The position numbers were made by a program, and so were the translations under genes. Source: Prochlorococcus marinus subsp. pastoris str. CCMP1986 (GTDB lineage: Bacteria > Cyanobacteriota > Cyanobacteriia > PCC-6307 > Cyanobiaceae). Taken from it: a stretch of DNA of 32,000 bases. Positions 31,577-32,000 of this stretch are shown piece after piece; positions within the stretch are counted from its first letter, which is position 1, and each line of letters begins with the position of its first letter. The DNA is taken from contig NC_005072.1 in assembly GCF_000011465.1 (NCBI RefSeq), positions 120,001 to 152,000 of the forward strand, written 5' to 3'. The notes beneath the pieces were generated by a model, which saw only the letters and a list, made by a program, of their open reading frames with translations, had not been told where the DNA came from and made no database searches.

Positions 31577-31855
31577 ATGCAAATGGTTGAAGAAGGTGTT
31601 AATGACATTGATATGATGGGTCTCTCATCAAGAGAGATGGAAATCATAAATTTAGTAGCTGATGGGCTCACGAATCAGGAAATTGCGGTAAGGCTTACTA
31701 TTAGTAAAAGAACTGTCGATAATCATGTAAGTAATATGTTCACTAAAACAGGATCCAAAAATAGAGTAGCTCTTTTAAATTGGGCAATGGATCACGGAAA
31801 AATTTGTAGAGATGGGTTTAATTGTTGTACTCTACCTGATTCAGATCAAGATTAA
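31577..31855 (+). CDS. Small LuxR/GerE-type regulator, PedR-like
   Basis: LSSREMEIINLVADGLTNQEIAVRLTISKRTVDNHVSNMFTKTG HTH; only 92 aa, C-terminal Cys cluster CRDGFNCC. Confidence 0.88.
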   Translation: MQMVEEGVNDIDMMGLSSREMEIINLVADGLTNQEIAVRLTISKRTVDNHVSNMFTKTGSKNRVALLNWAMDHGKICRDGFNCCTLPDSDQD

Positions 31856-32000
31856 TATTATTTTCTTTATCGATACTGGATATTAAATTCATTAAACAAC
31901 AATGTGATGAATTAAGTTCAAAAAGTTTTGCATAATCAAGACATGCTTCCTTATCATAGTTAACGCATCTTAGTATTCCATCTCTGTCATACAGACCATA
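31820..32000 (-). CDS. 3' end of a small hypothetical protein (partial, continues past the window)
   Basis: Minus-strand frame open from the edge: ...YGLYDRDGILRCVNYDKEACLDYAKLFELNSSHCCLMNL...VEYNN*; stop at 31820-31822, overlapping the 3' end of the PedR-like gene. Confidence 0.45.

Overview
This AT-rich window has the gene content, gene order and codon style of a high-light Prochlorococcus chromosome. That assignment is inference; there is no rRNA in the window to confirm it. Most of it is dense core genome: J-domain protein, cysK, UPF0367-like protein, CbiO-type ABC ATPase, tRNA-Asn, rpaA, holB, tmk, copper-type P-ATPase, ycf3, radA, rpaB, plsX, fabH, fabD, plsC, tsaB-like, ycf34, CCA-adding enzyme, RRM protein, phytoene synthase, phytoene desaturase, ndhM, a LysR regulator (RbcR-like), NnrU/Z-ISO family, ndhF, ndhD, scpA, a sugar-nucleotidyltransferase, metF and a PedR-like LuxR protein. 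The one clear accessory interval is about 1.5 kb (2957-4460) directly downstream of tRNA-Asn. It is bounded by an exact 13-bp copy of the tRNA 3' end, contains three copies of a 16-nt T-rich motif, carries one secreted polysaccharide-lyase-like gene and has no integrase. It looks like a minimal or decayed tRNA-integrated cargo element of the tycheposon kind. Other items worth a second look are a 15/16 match to the parS consensus in the 3' end of the phytoene desaturase gene, a plsX gene with a repetitive A/V/S/N/G-rich N-terminal extension of about 120 aa, and an scpA with no ATG/GTG/TTG available at its conserved N-terminus (ATT candidate).
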